The notes below the pieces were generated by a model, which worked only from the letters and a program-made list of their open reading frames with translations, was not told the DNA's origin and did not search any database. Made by a program: the position numbers and the translations under genes. From the human T2T-CHM13v2.0 reference genome, Homo sapiens: a stretch of DNA of 64,000 nt. Below, one piece after another: positions 1 to 12,425 of this stretch. The stretch is taken from NCBI RefSeq assembly GCF_009914755.1, contig NC_060934.1, one strand, 5' to 3'. Position 1 is the stretch's first letter. Each line of letters begins with the position of its first letter.

Positions 1-9
1 TTTATATAC

Positions 10-322
10 TGGTAGAGTTTGAACGTGTCCTCCAAAGGGCTCTGCCCTCATAAATGGATTAATGTCATTATTGAAGAAGTGAATTACTTATCTCAAGAAT
101 GGGTTTGTTATAAACTCCAATTTGGCCACCTTGCTAGCTCCCTCACATGTGGGCTTTCTTGCCCTTCCACCTTCCATCATGGGATGACAAAGAAAGATGT
201 GGCCCCTGAGTCTTGGACTTCTCAGCTTTAGAACTGGAGGAAATAAATCTCTGTTTCTTATAAATTACTAAATTACCTGGTCTCAGGTGTTCTGTTACAG
301 CAACAGAAAATGGACTAAGACA
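10..322 (+). mobile_element. MaLR solo LTR (MSTC/MSTD-like), internally deleted
   Basis: Starts TGGTAGAGTTTGAACGTGTCC and ends GTTACAGCAACAGAAAATGGACTAAGACA, typical MST LTR ends; AATAAA near the 3' end. Confidence 0.8.
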
Positions 323-339
323 TAATTATTTCCCTATCT

Positions 340-460
340 GCCTCATTTGACTGCATTCTCTATCAGGGCCGGGTCTAGGCCTTCCTTGCTCATCATTATT
401 TTCCCAGTGCTTAGCCTCACTTCTGTCATATTGTGTGCACTCAATAAATAAGCTGGAAAA
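340..460 (+). mobile_element. L2 LINE 3' end fragment
   Basis: CCCAGTGCTTAGC...GTGCACTCAATAAATA resembles the L2 3' terminus. Confidence 0.6.
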
Positions 461-1333
461 ATTAAATAAGTAAATCAGTTCCTATTCTGATTCAGGTTAA
501 TACATACTGTTTTCTCTCACATCAGCAAATCCCTAGGCATTATTCTTCTTTTCTAAATTAGTCAAGCTGGGTCATTTTCTGACTTTTCTCTGACTACATT
601 TCAGTAAGAAAAGATGTCTCTTAAAATAAAAAAGTCATTTTGAGGAAAAATATAGGTTGTACAGGGTTGCAAATAAAACTTTGAAAAGATAACAATACTC
701 ATTTGAGTATAGTAGTTTTGCTGATCAAAATATTTCTTTGTCAATGTAGGGATTATTACTTAAAATGGCTAAGGGCAAGTCTAGGCAAGTCTCAAGAAGT
801 TTCTACCATGGGAGAATGATCTGGTTTCCAGATCAGTTGACCTTTCCAGATCTTTGTAAAGGTCAGCATACAATTCCCCTGCAGCTGAAGCTCAGCTCAG
901 CTTTGCCTAAAGCCTTATCTCTAATTTTGAATTTTGCTAGAATACTTCCTTCCTTTTTGCTTTCAGCATTCTTTTCTCTGGTTATAAGTTTTGTGAATCT
1001 ATTAGATGCTCTCAGTGATCTTGTTGTATTTTTAATTCAATTCTTAAGTAATGATAATATAATTCTACCTGCTTAATACAAAGACATTTATACTCATTTC
1101 CCACCTCCACTCCCGGCTTCTTATTTACTCTCAGTGTAGCTGAATATAATAAAAATGTAATCCCACTTCAGAAATTTGCCTCATCGTGTTTAACTAGTGA
1201 CTCAGCTTCTAGTGACAGGAATCTTTTTTAGCCTGGTCACTCACTTTAATAAAACTTTAAAACTCAGTAGATTTCTGAGTAGATATTATTACTTACAGCA
1301 AACATGGGAAATTCCTAATAAGAGAAGTAGTTA

Positions 1334-2084
1334 TTAGGACTAAACTCTGATTTTCTTTTTATCTTGCTCAAATTTCTATCTAAGGGGTCTGGGGAGTCAT
1401 GCCCTACAAACCGTAAATTCTCATCAGAAGAGTTTTAGTTAACCCTGTATATCAAGACTTATATTCCAATCTGATTCTGGCATAATGAGGAAGAAAATAA
1501 AAATGTTTTACTCCAAAACATGTTTCTCTTCCATATCTTGAAATTGCCCTGCAAAGTCACTTGTGGGAAAAGTCTACATTCTATAGAGAATCCCTTCCCC
1601 TTTGTTTTCCTTCCTTCATTTCCAGATCCAGGAGACAATCGACTAAGAGCCAGGCACTCTTTTAAGACCCATAAGAAACATTTTACAACCTGCTCTATCT
1701 GAGAGTTTCCTCTGCACAATAAAACTTAGTCTCCACAATCCTTTATCTTAACCTAAACATTTCTTTTCTATTGATCCCAGGTCTTCAGATAAACTCAACC
1801 AATTGTCGACCAGAAAATGTTTCAATTTACCTGTAGCCGGGAAACTCCCTGCCCCGGTTTTGAGTTGTCCTGCCTTTCTGAACCAAACCAATGAATTTCT
1901 TAAGTGTATTTGATTGATGTCTCATGCCTCCCTAAAAATATATAAAACCAAGCTGTACCCCGACCACCTTGGGCACATGTTCTCGGAACCTTCTGAGAAC
2001 TGTGTCACAGGCCATGGTCACTCATATTTGGCTCAGAATAAATCTCTTAAAATATTTTACAGAGTTTGACTCTTTTCATCAATA
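1334..2084 (+). mobile_element. ERV1 MER4-family solo LTR (MER4E-like)
   Basis: AGGACTAAACTCTGATTTT...GGGGTCTGGGGAGTCATGCCCTACAAACC start; TTGGCTCAGAATAAATCTC...TTTGACTCTTTTCATCAATA end; 4-bp TSD GTTA (1330-1333 / 2085-2088). Confidence 0.85.
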
Positions 2085-2384
2085 GTTAGGAATATCAGTA
2101 AGTGTTGCAAATGGTTATATAATATTACGTTATTTATTAGTGTAGCCAAAATCACAGTTTTTATTTTTATTTTATTTCCTTTTCAGTCTCCAAAACACTA
2201 TTTCTAAATCAATTTTGCACCCATATTAGTGGAGTGATGATACAACTTCTTCAATAGTTATATACTAACATCAAAATTACATACCTCATTTAGGATAATA
2301 ACTATAATTCAAAGGCACATTTTTGTCTTTTCTTAGACTAAATAATGACTATACAAAAAATTTTTTAATTTAACTCAGATACCA

Positions 2385-2707
<323 letters not shown>

Positions 2708-2799
2708 TTACATCTGAGCCATCTCTATGTACCAGAATTTATATTCACATTTCTTGAATAAAAATAACAATATGTGGAACTTATTACATAAAGATTATT

Positions 2800-3255
2800 T
2801 TCCTTGAATTGAGACAGATGCTTTACATATATATTATCTATTTCTCATAAAACCGCAATAAGGATTTCTCTCTACTTTATAGATAGATGCATAGAACTCA
2901 GAAAACTGAACAATTTGTTCAATATATGCCAAAATTAAAATACAGGTTTCAATTTAAGCCTATATTCAATCCACAGCTTCTTTCTTATGCTAACTCAGAA
3001 TAGTTTGAGGGGTAGAAGTGACTAGACAGTGTGAAGGCTAAACAGGTTCTAAATGTTATAGGCCTGTATTTCAGTCACATCTCTATCTTTACCTCCTAGC
3101 GTATACTTCAGTACATTAGTTCTCTTTAAGTCTCAGGCTCTTCTGTTGTGAATTAAAATCACAGTATAAATATTATAAATAGATTATGTTGAAAATAAAA
3201 TGTGCCTGGTATGGTACATAGTAAGTTCTCAGTATGATAGTTATCATTATTATTA
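2800..3255. mobile_element. Two degenerate MIR SINEs (minus ~2800-2990, plus ~3025-3255)
   Basis: MIR core-like motifs, including GTGCCTGGTATGGTACATAGTAAGTTCTCAGTA followed by an (ATT)n tail. Confidence 0.55.
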
Positions 3256-3484
3256 TTATTTCATACTCCTCTCCAAGCTATGCTATTGAATCATTAAAAA
3301 CAGCTGCTCTGTAGATGTCAGAAGTTTCCTCCATCCGATGTCTCAGTTTCAGACAAGACAGAATAAACACATCTTAGCCCATCTTTCCTGATAATGATAA
3401 TGGAAAACTCTGGGAAAAAATATATAAAACAAATACCTGAGGGCTCTAAAAAGTAAACAAAGACAGATGCATTTTGAAGGAGAG

Positions 3485-4080
3485 TGTGAAAATAAACAAA
3501 AGGAAAACTGATCAATTCAGGCCTATTCCAAACTTCTGTCCTGACCCAGGAATGTGTATACATGCAAAGGCAGCTATGTTCATTAGAGGTAAGTGTTACA
3601 ACCTCCCATAGATAGTTTGGACATCTGAGTAATAAAACCAAGGCCTAGAAACTAAAGCTGACCCCTTACCTGTGTAATCAGAGTTAGCTAAATATTTCAC
3701 CAATAGGTACTGGTTGTACACTTATCAGATGTGGAATAAAGTCAAGATGAAATCAGTTATTCTTCTACTAGATGCTAAGATACCTACACAATTATTAACC
3801 TTTTTCTTCTACCACTCAGCCACATATTTGCTCTTCCCTATGTAGAACATCACTCAACACCAATCAAAATGGTAAGAATGTACCTGTTGCTTCACTGCTC
3901 ACCCTCTGTACTAAATATATATCCCTGTTTTAAACAAAAGTGTAAATACTGTACTTCACGTAATCAGCTTCGGAACTCAGATTACAGGCTACTGCCATCC
4001 TGGCATGACATCCTCAAGCTCTGGCATTATAAACTTCACTTGATTAAAGTTGCTGTCTCAGACACTCATTTGGGTTGGTA
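3485..4080 (+). mobile_element. ERV1 MER4-group solo LTR (subfamily uncertain) inserted in L1M
   Basis: TG start; 3' end CCTCAAGCTCTGGC...TGTCTCAGACACTCATTTGGGTTGGTA; exact 4-bp TSD AGAG (3481-3484 / 4081-4084); L1M sequence resumes afterwards. Confidence 0.7.
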
Positions 4081-5656
4081 AGAGTCAAAATGTGAAGAAG
4101 CAACCTACATGGGAGTGAGTTTTCCATTTTTTTCTCTTTTTTCTTACAACAATTTCCCCATGGGTAGGCCCAGTTATGGAGTGAGTGGTACTGTTGGTAC
4201 TGAAGACTGAAAACTAAGAGAAACCTTGTCTTTTTTGGTCAGAGAACAGGGAACAGGGCCTCTTCTTTGCAAAAAGTGTGTGTGTCAGTTTTGGGAAGAA
4301 TCCCAGGGTTTTGTTTTTTTTTCATCTTTTATTCTCGTGGCTTTACTCGAAGAGAAGGTACTAGTCACAGAGCTTGCAGTGGCAGCATCATAAACACATG
4401 AAATTCTAAAAGAAATTTTATCTTTCAGGGCAGAGAAATTGAGAAAAATGACTCTTGAGAAATTGAGAATAAGGAGGAAGTTCTGGAGAGAAGACATCTG
4501 TAAAAAGCTACCAATCATCTTTCATGTGGACCTTCATAAGTCCTGGCCCAACCATGATCTAAGCATACGTGGGACAAACTGAAAGTATCAAAGCAAAGGC
4601 TTTGAGAACTGAACTAAATTTATGCCACCACTGAAGTTTCAGACTAATCTCTGAATGTCACATGCATATGATGGATGAAAGCAGCATTAAAAAGACTCAA
4701 ATAATATTAAATCACCATTTCCAAGAAGATTGAGAGAAAACTTGCAGTCTGAAATTGTTTTTGACTGCCTCCTAAAACCAAACCAAACCAATAGAAACCA
4801 GAAAAGAATCATTCTTCAAAGGATCCTAAACAACACAATATTCAAAACTTTCAGTACAAAATTCAGTTACTTATCGTATAAGAAAGCAAGAAGACATGAC
4901 CAATTCTCAAGAGGAAAGACAATTCACAGATCCCCATTCCAGATGACAGAGAGAATGGAAATTTCGAAGACTTTACAGCAGTGCTTACAACTATGCTTGA
5001 TGAAGTAAAGTTCGAAATAAATTGAGAGACAAAAGTTCCTAGCAGAAACATAAAACCTGTAGCAAATAATCATATGGAAATTTTAGAACTGAAAAATACA
5101 GCATTCATAAAACAAAAAAACTAACTGCCTGGGCTCAAAAAGAGAATGGAGATGACAGAGAAAGTCAGTGACCTTGAAGAAAAGTAAATTGAGCTTATTT
5201 ATTCTAAAACACATAGAGAAATGAGACCATCACAAAAGATCTAATATTCATGTTATTTGAGTACAAAAGAGTAGAAATTGTTTCAGAATAAATACTGGGA
5301 AAAATGGCTGAAAATTTCTCAAATTTGGTGGGGGACATTGCCAGAATCCAGGAAGTCAGCAGACCTCAAACAGGATCAGAGCAAAGAAAACCTTGCCCAG
5401 ACATGCATCATAATCAAACTGCTAAAAAACAAAGATACACACACAGACACACACACACAGATATGGAAACCTGCTAGAGAACAATGCCACATCTATAAAG
5501 AGGCATGGTAATTTAAATGACTGAAGATTTCTCATCAAATGCCATGAGGACCAGAAGACAGTAGAATAACATTTTTAAGTTCTGAGGAAAAAGAAAAGAA
5601 AAACAAATCTACCCTGAATTCTATGTCTAATGAAAATATTATTTAAGAATGAAGGT

Positions 5657-5937
<281 letters not shown>

Positions 5938-6209
5938 CTAAATGAATACATTATCAGAAGACAGAAAAGTAAGGAAGTTATTCACAAGTGTACTCTCTCT
6001 AAAAGATATGCTGGAATATCTTCAGGCTAAAGACAAATTATACCATAGGGAAACTTGAGAAACTTGGAATTTCAGGAAAGAAGAAACATCGACAGAAATT
6101 TTAAAACTCCACATGTATAAAACAGATTGCGTTTTTTCTTCTTAAGGTTTAAAAATAGGACTGACAACCATATCAATTATAAACATTAATTATTCATTGA
6201 ATGCAAACC

Positions 6210-6408
6210 ACAGGTTGGCAACCTTTTTTCTGGAAGCAGTATGATAATCAAAATTCTTGGCTTGTCGACCATATTAGTCTCAGTTGCAACTACTCAATTC
6301 TGTCATTGCAGTGCATAAGCAGCCCTAAACACTATGTAAGAAGATGGATGTAACAAAGGTTCCCCTGAGCAGGGTAAACTGGGCCACAGGTTGTAGTCTG
6401 ACACCTTA
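6210..6408. mobile_element. MER58A (hAT-Charlie MITE)
   Basis: CAGGTTGGCAACCTTTTTTCTG start, internal GCAACTACTCAATTCTG, end GGGCCACAGGTTGTAGTCTGACACC. Confidence 0.75.
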
Positions 6409-7084
6409 GGTCTAAGCACACAACTAAAAGACAAATATGGTCATATTGTATAAAAACACAAGACCCAATTATGTTTTCAACAAGAAACCCACAATTGATG
6501 TAAAGAAGTAGATAGATTAAAGGATGAATAATTGCAAATAATGACCGGAAGTAGGAGTGGCTATACTAACATCAAACTATGTAGACTGCAAAAAAAGAAT
6601 ATATTTTTGGAGATAAAGAGATCATAATAATAAAATGTCTATTTACCAAATAGGCATAACATACTAAATATGTATGCACCTAAGGAGAGATTTTCAAAAT
6701 ACAAGAAGCAAAAGCTGATAGAACTGAAAGGGTAAATAGATGAATTTACAATCATAATTGGAGACTTTAGTATTTCTTTCTCAGCCATAAATAAAATAAG
6801 TAGACAGAAAATAAGTATTGATAGAGAAGAATGGGACAACCCTCAACAAAACCGACCAAACTGGTATTTATAAAATGTTCTACCCAACAACATAGGAATA
6901 CACATATGTATAAATTATATTAGCTTTCTTTTGCCCTAAAATTCTGCATAAAAATGAGCAAATTAAAACTAAAAACAGAAGGAAGGAATAATATCAATAA
7001 TGGAATAACATTAATAACATTGAGGATGAGAAAACAATATCAAAAATAACCAAAAGCTGTTTCTTTAAAGAAACAAAAATATTG

Positions 7085-7397
7085 GGCCAGGCACAGTGGC
7101 TCACACCTGTAATTCCAGCACTTAGGGAGGCCAAGGCGGGCAGATCACAAGGTCAGGAGATCGAGACCATTCTGGCTAACACGGTGAAACCCTGTCTCTA
7201 CTAAAATACAGAAAAAGAAAAAAGAAAAAAAAAAATTAGCCGGGTGTGGTGGCGGGCGCCTGTAGTCCCAGCTACTCGGGAGGCTGAGGCAGGAGAATGG
7301 CATGAACCCAGGAGTTAGAGTTTACAGTGAGCCGAGATCACGCCACTGCACTCAAGCCTGGGTGACAGAGCTAGACTCCATCTCAAAAAAAAAAAAA
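7085..7397 (+). mobile_element. AluY-like with expanded A-rich middle linker
   Basis: GGAGATCGAGACCATTCTGGCTAACACGGTG and GGAGAATGGCATGAACCC; degenerate TSD ending AAAA(T/A)ATTG. Confidence 0.95.
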
Positions 7398-8106
7398 GGA
7401 AATAAAAAAATTGACAAACCTTTAACCTTTAGTAGACTGACCAATAAAAAAAGGAAAGAAGATACAAAATAAAATACAGGAATGAAAGAGGGAACATAGC
7501 TACAGGTCCAAACGCAACAACAAGAAAAATAAGAAATATTGCAACTTTTGCTTATAAATTTGAAAATTTAGATGAAATGAATTAATTGCTTGAATGACAC
7601 AAACTCAAAAAGCTCATTATACATATTTTTTTCCTTTGTAGGCCATATCATTCTCAGCTGCAACTATTCAATTGCAAGGAAATTGAGGCAAACCTCGAAA
7701 TTTCTACATCTATTTTAAAACTTGAATTTATAATGAAAATCCTTCCAACAATAATTCTCATAATAAAATAAAACAGATTCCAGGTGTGGCCATCCTACTG
7801 GTGTATTCTATCCAACACTTAAGGAAGAAATAGAAATTATTCACAAACTTTTGCAGAAAATAGAAGAGTAGAAAACATTTCTCACTGCATTTTTGAGGCC
7901 CTATTACTGAAATTCCAAAGTAGACCAAAATGTCACCAAAAATGAAAACTACAAACCATTTCATCATAAATGTTATTCAAAATGCTTTAAAATATTAGCA
8001 AATCAAATGCAACAACATATAACAAATGATAAGATAGCATGAAAAAATTGAGTTGATACTAGAAATGAAAGGCTGCTTAGGATTAACGTTAGAAAATCAA
8101 TCAGTG

Positions 8107-8443
<337 letters not shown>

Positions 8444-9039
8444 TGATGTGAAGAGACTAAAGAAGAAAAACCATATGATCATCTCAGTATATACAGAAAA
8501 AGCTTTTGGCAAAATTGAGTATCCATTCATGATTCAAAATCCACAGAAAATTCTGAATAGAAAGGAATTTTTTAGCCTAACATTGAGCATCTGTAAAAAA
8601 CCTATACCTAGTATTGTATTCAATAATTAATATTCTTCTTAATAGTGTGCTTTCCTGTAAGATAAGGCAAGGTTGTTTATTCAGTGTTACACTGGGAATT
8701 TTAAGCAATGCAATAAGGCAATAAAAATAAAAGCATACAGTTTGGAGAAAAACAAATAAAATATCTTCTTTTTCAGGAAAAATAATTTCCCAAATAGAAA
8801 AATACCGAAGAATTTAACAACAATAACAAAAGAATAAGTAACTAGAACTAGTGAGTAATAACAAGATTTCAGGTCAAAATCAATAAAGTAATGAGCAATT
8901 ATATTTCTAAATACTACTGATAATCAATTAAAAAATATTAAGGATGTCATTTATAATAGCTAAAAAATCAAAACAAGCAATGATTTGTTATAAACCTAAC
9001 CAGTATGTGAAGTATCTGGATGCTGAAAACCATGCAATG

Positions 9040-9710
9040 CAGGCAGTCCTCACTTAGCACAGCCCTGATATGCACAGATTTCAAGTACCATGGCTTAGCT
9101 AAATGGTGCCAGTCCTCCAACAACACAGCTTAAATTTCTGTTACCAACAGTTATCAACTGTTATTAATTGAATAAAATGTAATATTTGCTGCCAGTTCTT
9201 CAGCCCATAAAAATAACTACATAAGTAACACATGTACAGTATAATCAGTGACCAATGATGCCACTTCTTTTAAAGTCTGTCAGTGATTGGTCATTGTGCC
9301 TGTTATTTCGTTCCCACACAGACAGCAAAGTATGTAGTGTTGTTGCCTTCTTGTCTCCGATGATAAATCCACATAAACCGACATGATATTTCACAAAAAT
9401 TGATAATCAAAACATGGATCTTGCCAACAAAGGTGAAAGTATACTGATAAATAAAGTAATAATGTTGGAAGTAAAATTATAATTGCACAGGAATTGAGTT
9501 ACAGTAAAAATACTTGATGGGGAAATGTTGACATTGCCACCATTTGAGAGACTCTAGGTATGCAGCCAGAAGAACTTATGAAGGGAAGCTTATTGAAGGA
9601 ATAAAACAAGTACAGTGTCATGAAAAAGATGACAACATCCCAAAGAAAATTATATTGTCAAAACCTACACTAAGGAAACTAACACGTAAATTTTATGACA
9701 TTGTAAACAC
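9040..9710 (+). mobile_element. Tigger-family DNA transposon fragment (Tigger6a-like)
   Basis: Begins CAGGCAGTCCTCACTTAGCAC..GATATGCACAGATTTCA, a Tigger-type TIR start; right end not seen. Confidence 0.65.
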
Positions 9711-9818
9711 TTTCAAATTTCTCTAAAATGTTGAAAGAAAATAAATCTATAAATGAAAAAAAAAACCCACGAAAAGTAAAGTAGTTTGCTAAAATAGGAT
9801 TAGTTACCTTTGCCATAG

Positions 9819-11308
9819 TGTGTCCAGAATTGGTGGGTTCTTGGTCTCACTGACTTCAAGAATGAAACCGCGGACGCTTGCGGTGAGTGTTACAGCTCTT
9901 AAGGTGGCGCGCCTGGAGTTTGTTCCTTCTGATGTTCAGATGTGTTCGGAGTTTCTTCCTTCTGGTGGGATTCGTGGTCTCGCTGACTCAGGAGAGAAGC
10001 TGCAGACCTTCGCCGTGTTACAGCTCATAAAGGCAGTGTGAACCCAAAAAGCGAGCAGCAGCAGGATTTATTGCAAAGAGCGAAAGAACGAAGCTTCCAC
10101 AGTGTGGAAGGGGACCCGAGAGGGTTGCCACACTGGCTCAGGCAGCCTGCTTTTGTTCTCTTATCTGGCCCCACCCACATCCTGTTGATTGGTAGAGCCG
10201 AGTGTTCGGTTTTGATAGGGCGCTGATTGGTGCTTTTACAATCCCTGAGCTAGACACAAAGGTTCTCCACGTCCCCACCAGATTAGCTAGATACAGAGTG
10301 TGGACACAAAGGTTCTCCAAGTCCCCACCAGAGTAGCTACATACAGAGTGTAGATTGGTGCATTCACAAACCCTGAGCTAGACACAGGGTACTGATTAGT
10401 GTGTTTACAAACCTTGAGCTAGATACAGAGTGCCGACTGGTGTATTTACAATCCCTGAGCTAGACATAAAGGTTCTCCAAGGCCCCACCAGAGTAGCTAG
10501 ATACAGTGTCCATTGGTGCATTCACAAACCCTGAGCTAGACACAGGGTGCTGATTGGTGTGTTTACAAACCTTGAGCTAGATACAGAGTGCCGATTGGTG
10601 TATTTACAATCCCTGAGCTAGACATAAAGGTTCTCCACAACCCCACCAGACTCAGGAGCCCAGCTGGCTTCACCTGGTGGATCCCGCACAGGGGCTGCAG
10701 GTGGAGCTGCCCGCCAGTCCCCCGCTGTGCTCCCGCACTCCTCAGCCCTTGGGTGGTTGATGGGACTGGGCGCCGTGGAGCAGGGGGTGGCGCTCGTCGG
10801 GGAGACTCGGGCTGCACAGGAGCCCACGGAGGGGTTAGGAGGCTCAGGCATGGAGGGCTGCAGGTCCCGAGCCCTGCCCGGTGGGAAGGCAGCTAAGGCC
10901 TGGCGAGAAATCGAGCGCAGCGCCAGTGGGCCGGCACTGCTTGGGGACCCAGTACACCCTCCGCAGCCACTGGCCACGGTGCTAAGCTCCTCATTGCCCG
11001 GGGCCGGCGGGGCTGGCGGGGCAGGCCAGCTGCTCCGAGTGTGGGGCCGCCAAGCCCACGCCCACCCAGAACTCCAGCTGGCCCGCAAGCGCCACGCGCA
11101 GCCCCGGTTCCCGCTGGCGCCTCTCCCTCCACACCTCCCTGCAAGCTGAGGGAGCTGGCTCTGGCCTTGGCCAGCCCAGAAAGGGGCTCCCATAGTGCAG
11201 TGGTGGGCTGAAGGGCTCCTCCAGTGCTGCCAAAGTGGGAGCCCAGGCAGAGGAGGCGCCGAGAGCGAGCGAGGGGTGTGAGGACTGCCAGCACGCTGTC
11301 ACCTCTCA
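9819..11308 (-). mobile_element. LTR12C (ERV9) solo LTR
   Basis: Minus strand reads TGAGAGGTGACAGCGTGCTGGCAGTCC...AAGAACCCACCAATTCTGGACACA; 4-bp TSD ATAG (9815-9818 / 11309-11312); ~41-bp U3 tandem repeats; GC/CpG-rich 5' part. Confidence 0.95.
10140..10640 (-). promoter_or_regulatory. LTR12C U3 promoter/enhancer: NF-Y CCAAT array, GATA site, TATA-like position
   Basis: ATTGG on + strand at 10188, 10226, 10354, 10512, 10553, 10594 (degenerate at 10395, 10436); TTATCT at 10161; TATA-like box reads AACAAAA at 10151-10157. Confidence 0.7.
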
Positions 11309-12102
11309 ATAGCATAGGTACTCACTTTTCCATGATGTTGCTGCCAACATTTTTTTGAGATATTTTAAGATGTTGTTATCAACTAAAATAATCAGAATTA
11401 ATATTCCTTGTTCCTTTTTGCTTTTTGAGCCAAACAAGATGGTCAATGAAGTATGTTTAGTGTACTGTAGTAACCTCCTGCAAAATAGTAGCTCAGAACA
11501 ATCAGAAATTATTATATTTATCAAATTTGTGAATTATACATATTTTTAAATAAGTTACTTCATATTTTAACCATCAGGACCGCTAAAAATTTGCAAACCA
11601 GAGCAAAGGGTTAAAGAAAGCTACATACCAAAGGCTACAAATTGAAAATATCTCTCAGGCAAAGCTTCAGTTTCACTCTCTATTATTACAATTGTTGCAA
11701 TTTCATAATACTTTGTCTTACTTTAAGTGAAATCAAATTCTGAAGAAAAGTGCAATTGTAGTTATTTGTAAGTACTAATTTCTCAGCTGATATCTTTCTC
11801 TGGTGTATATGGGTAGGACCTTTAATGGTTTCTATAAGTCTCAAAGACTGGTTTTAGTTTAAATGTTTGGATAGATACCATTAGAAATGTTCTGTTGATG
11901 GTTTTATAACTCATTTACAAAAAGATACTATTTGAATTTCTTTATTAACTTTGGGATTCATCAAATTAACACAGTTCATGACCATTTGTAGTTTCTCTTG
12001 ATTAGTTTATTTTGAAACATTCAACTACAGTGTTTTTGGGAATATTAGCATATTCAACTGTAAAAAATGACCCCATTGTTTCAAAGCCATCAAAAGAATC
12101 AC

Positions 12103-12131
12103 CATCATCATCATCATCATCATCATCATCA
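12103..12131. repeat. (CAT)n microsatellite
   Basis: About 9-10 CAT units at the tail of a MIR. Confidence 0.95.
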
Positions 12132-12134
12132 CAT

Positions 12135-12425
12135 AATCAGATGAGCTTGTTTCCTATTAGGGTTATATGGCAAGCCTTGGTCTAAGCACTTCAGAAATTT
12201 TAACTCACTGAATCCATACAGAAAGGAAGTTGGTACTGTTATTTTCCCCAGTTTACAGAAGCTAAAACAGCAGCACAGAGAAGCAACTTTAATTGCTCAG
12301 AGAAGTTAGTTTAATTGCTTAGTTTAATTTAATCTTTAATAATTTCAAAGCCCAGAAGGTAGTACTTGGTGCAGCCAAGATTCAGACCTAAGCATTTGGA
12401 AGTTCATATTCTCATTCACTACACG
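12135..12425 (-). mobile_element. MIR SINE
   Basis: CTAAGCACTTCA...TTATTTTCCCCAGTTTACAGAAGCTAAAACAG...GCCAAGATTCAGACCTAAGCA antisense MIR core. Confidence 0.7.

Noticed and set aside
10230-10640. CRISPR-like array of ~41-bp repeats
   Set aside because: These are the known ERV9/LTR12 U3 tandem repeats; no unique spacers, and the context is eukaryotic
10563-11315. Cluster of overlapping 84-191 aa ORFs
   Set aside because: Expected stop-codon scarcity in GC-rich LTR12C sequence; open on both strands, with no protein-like signal
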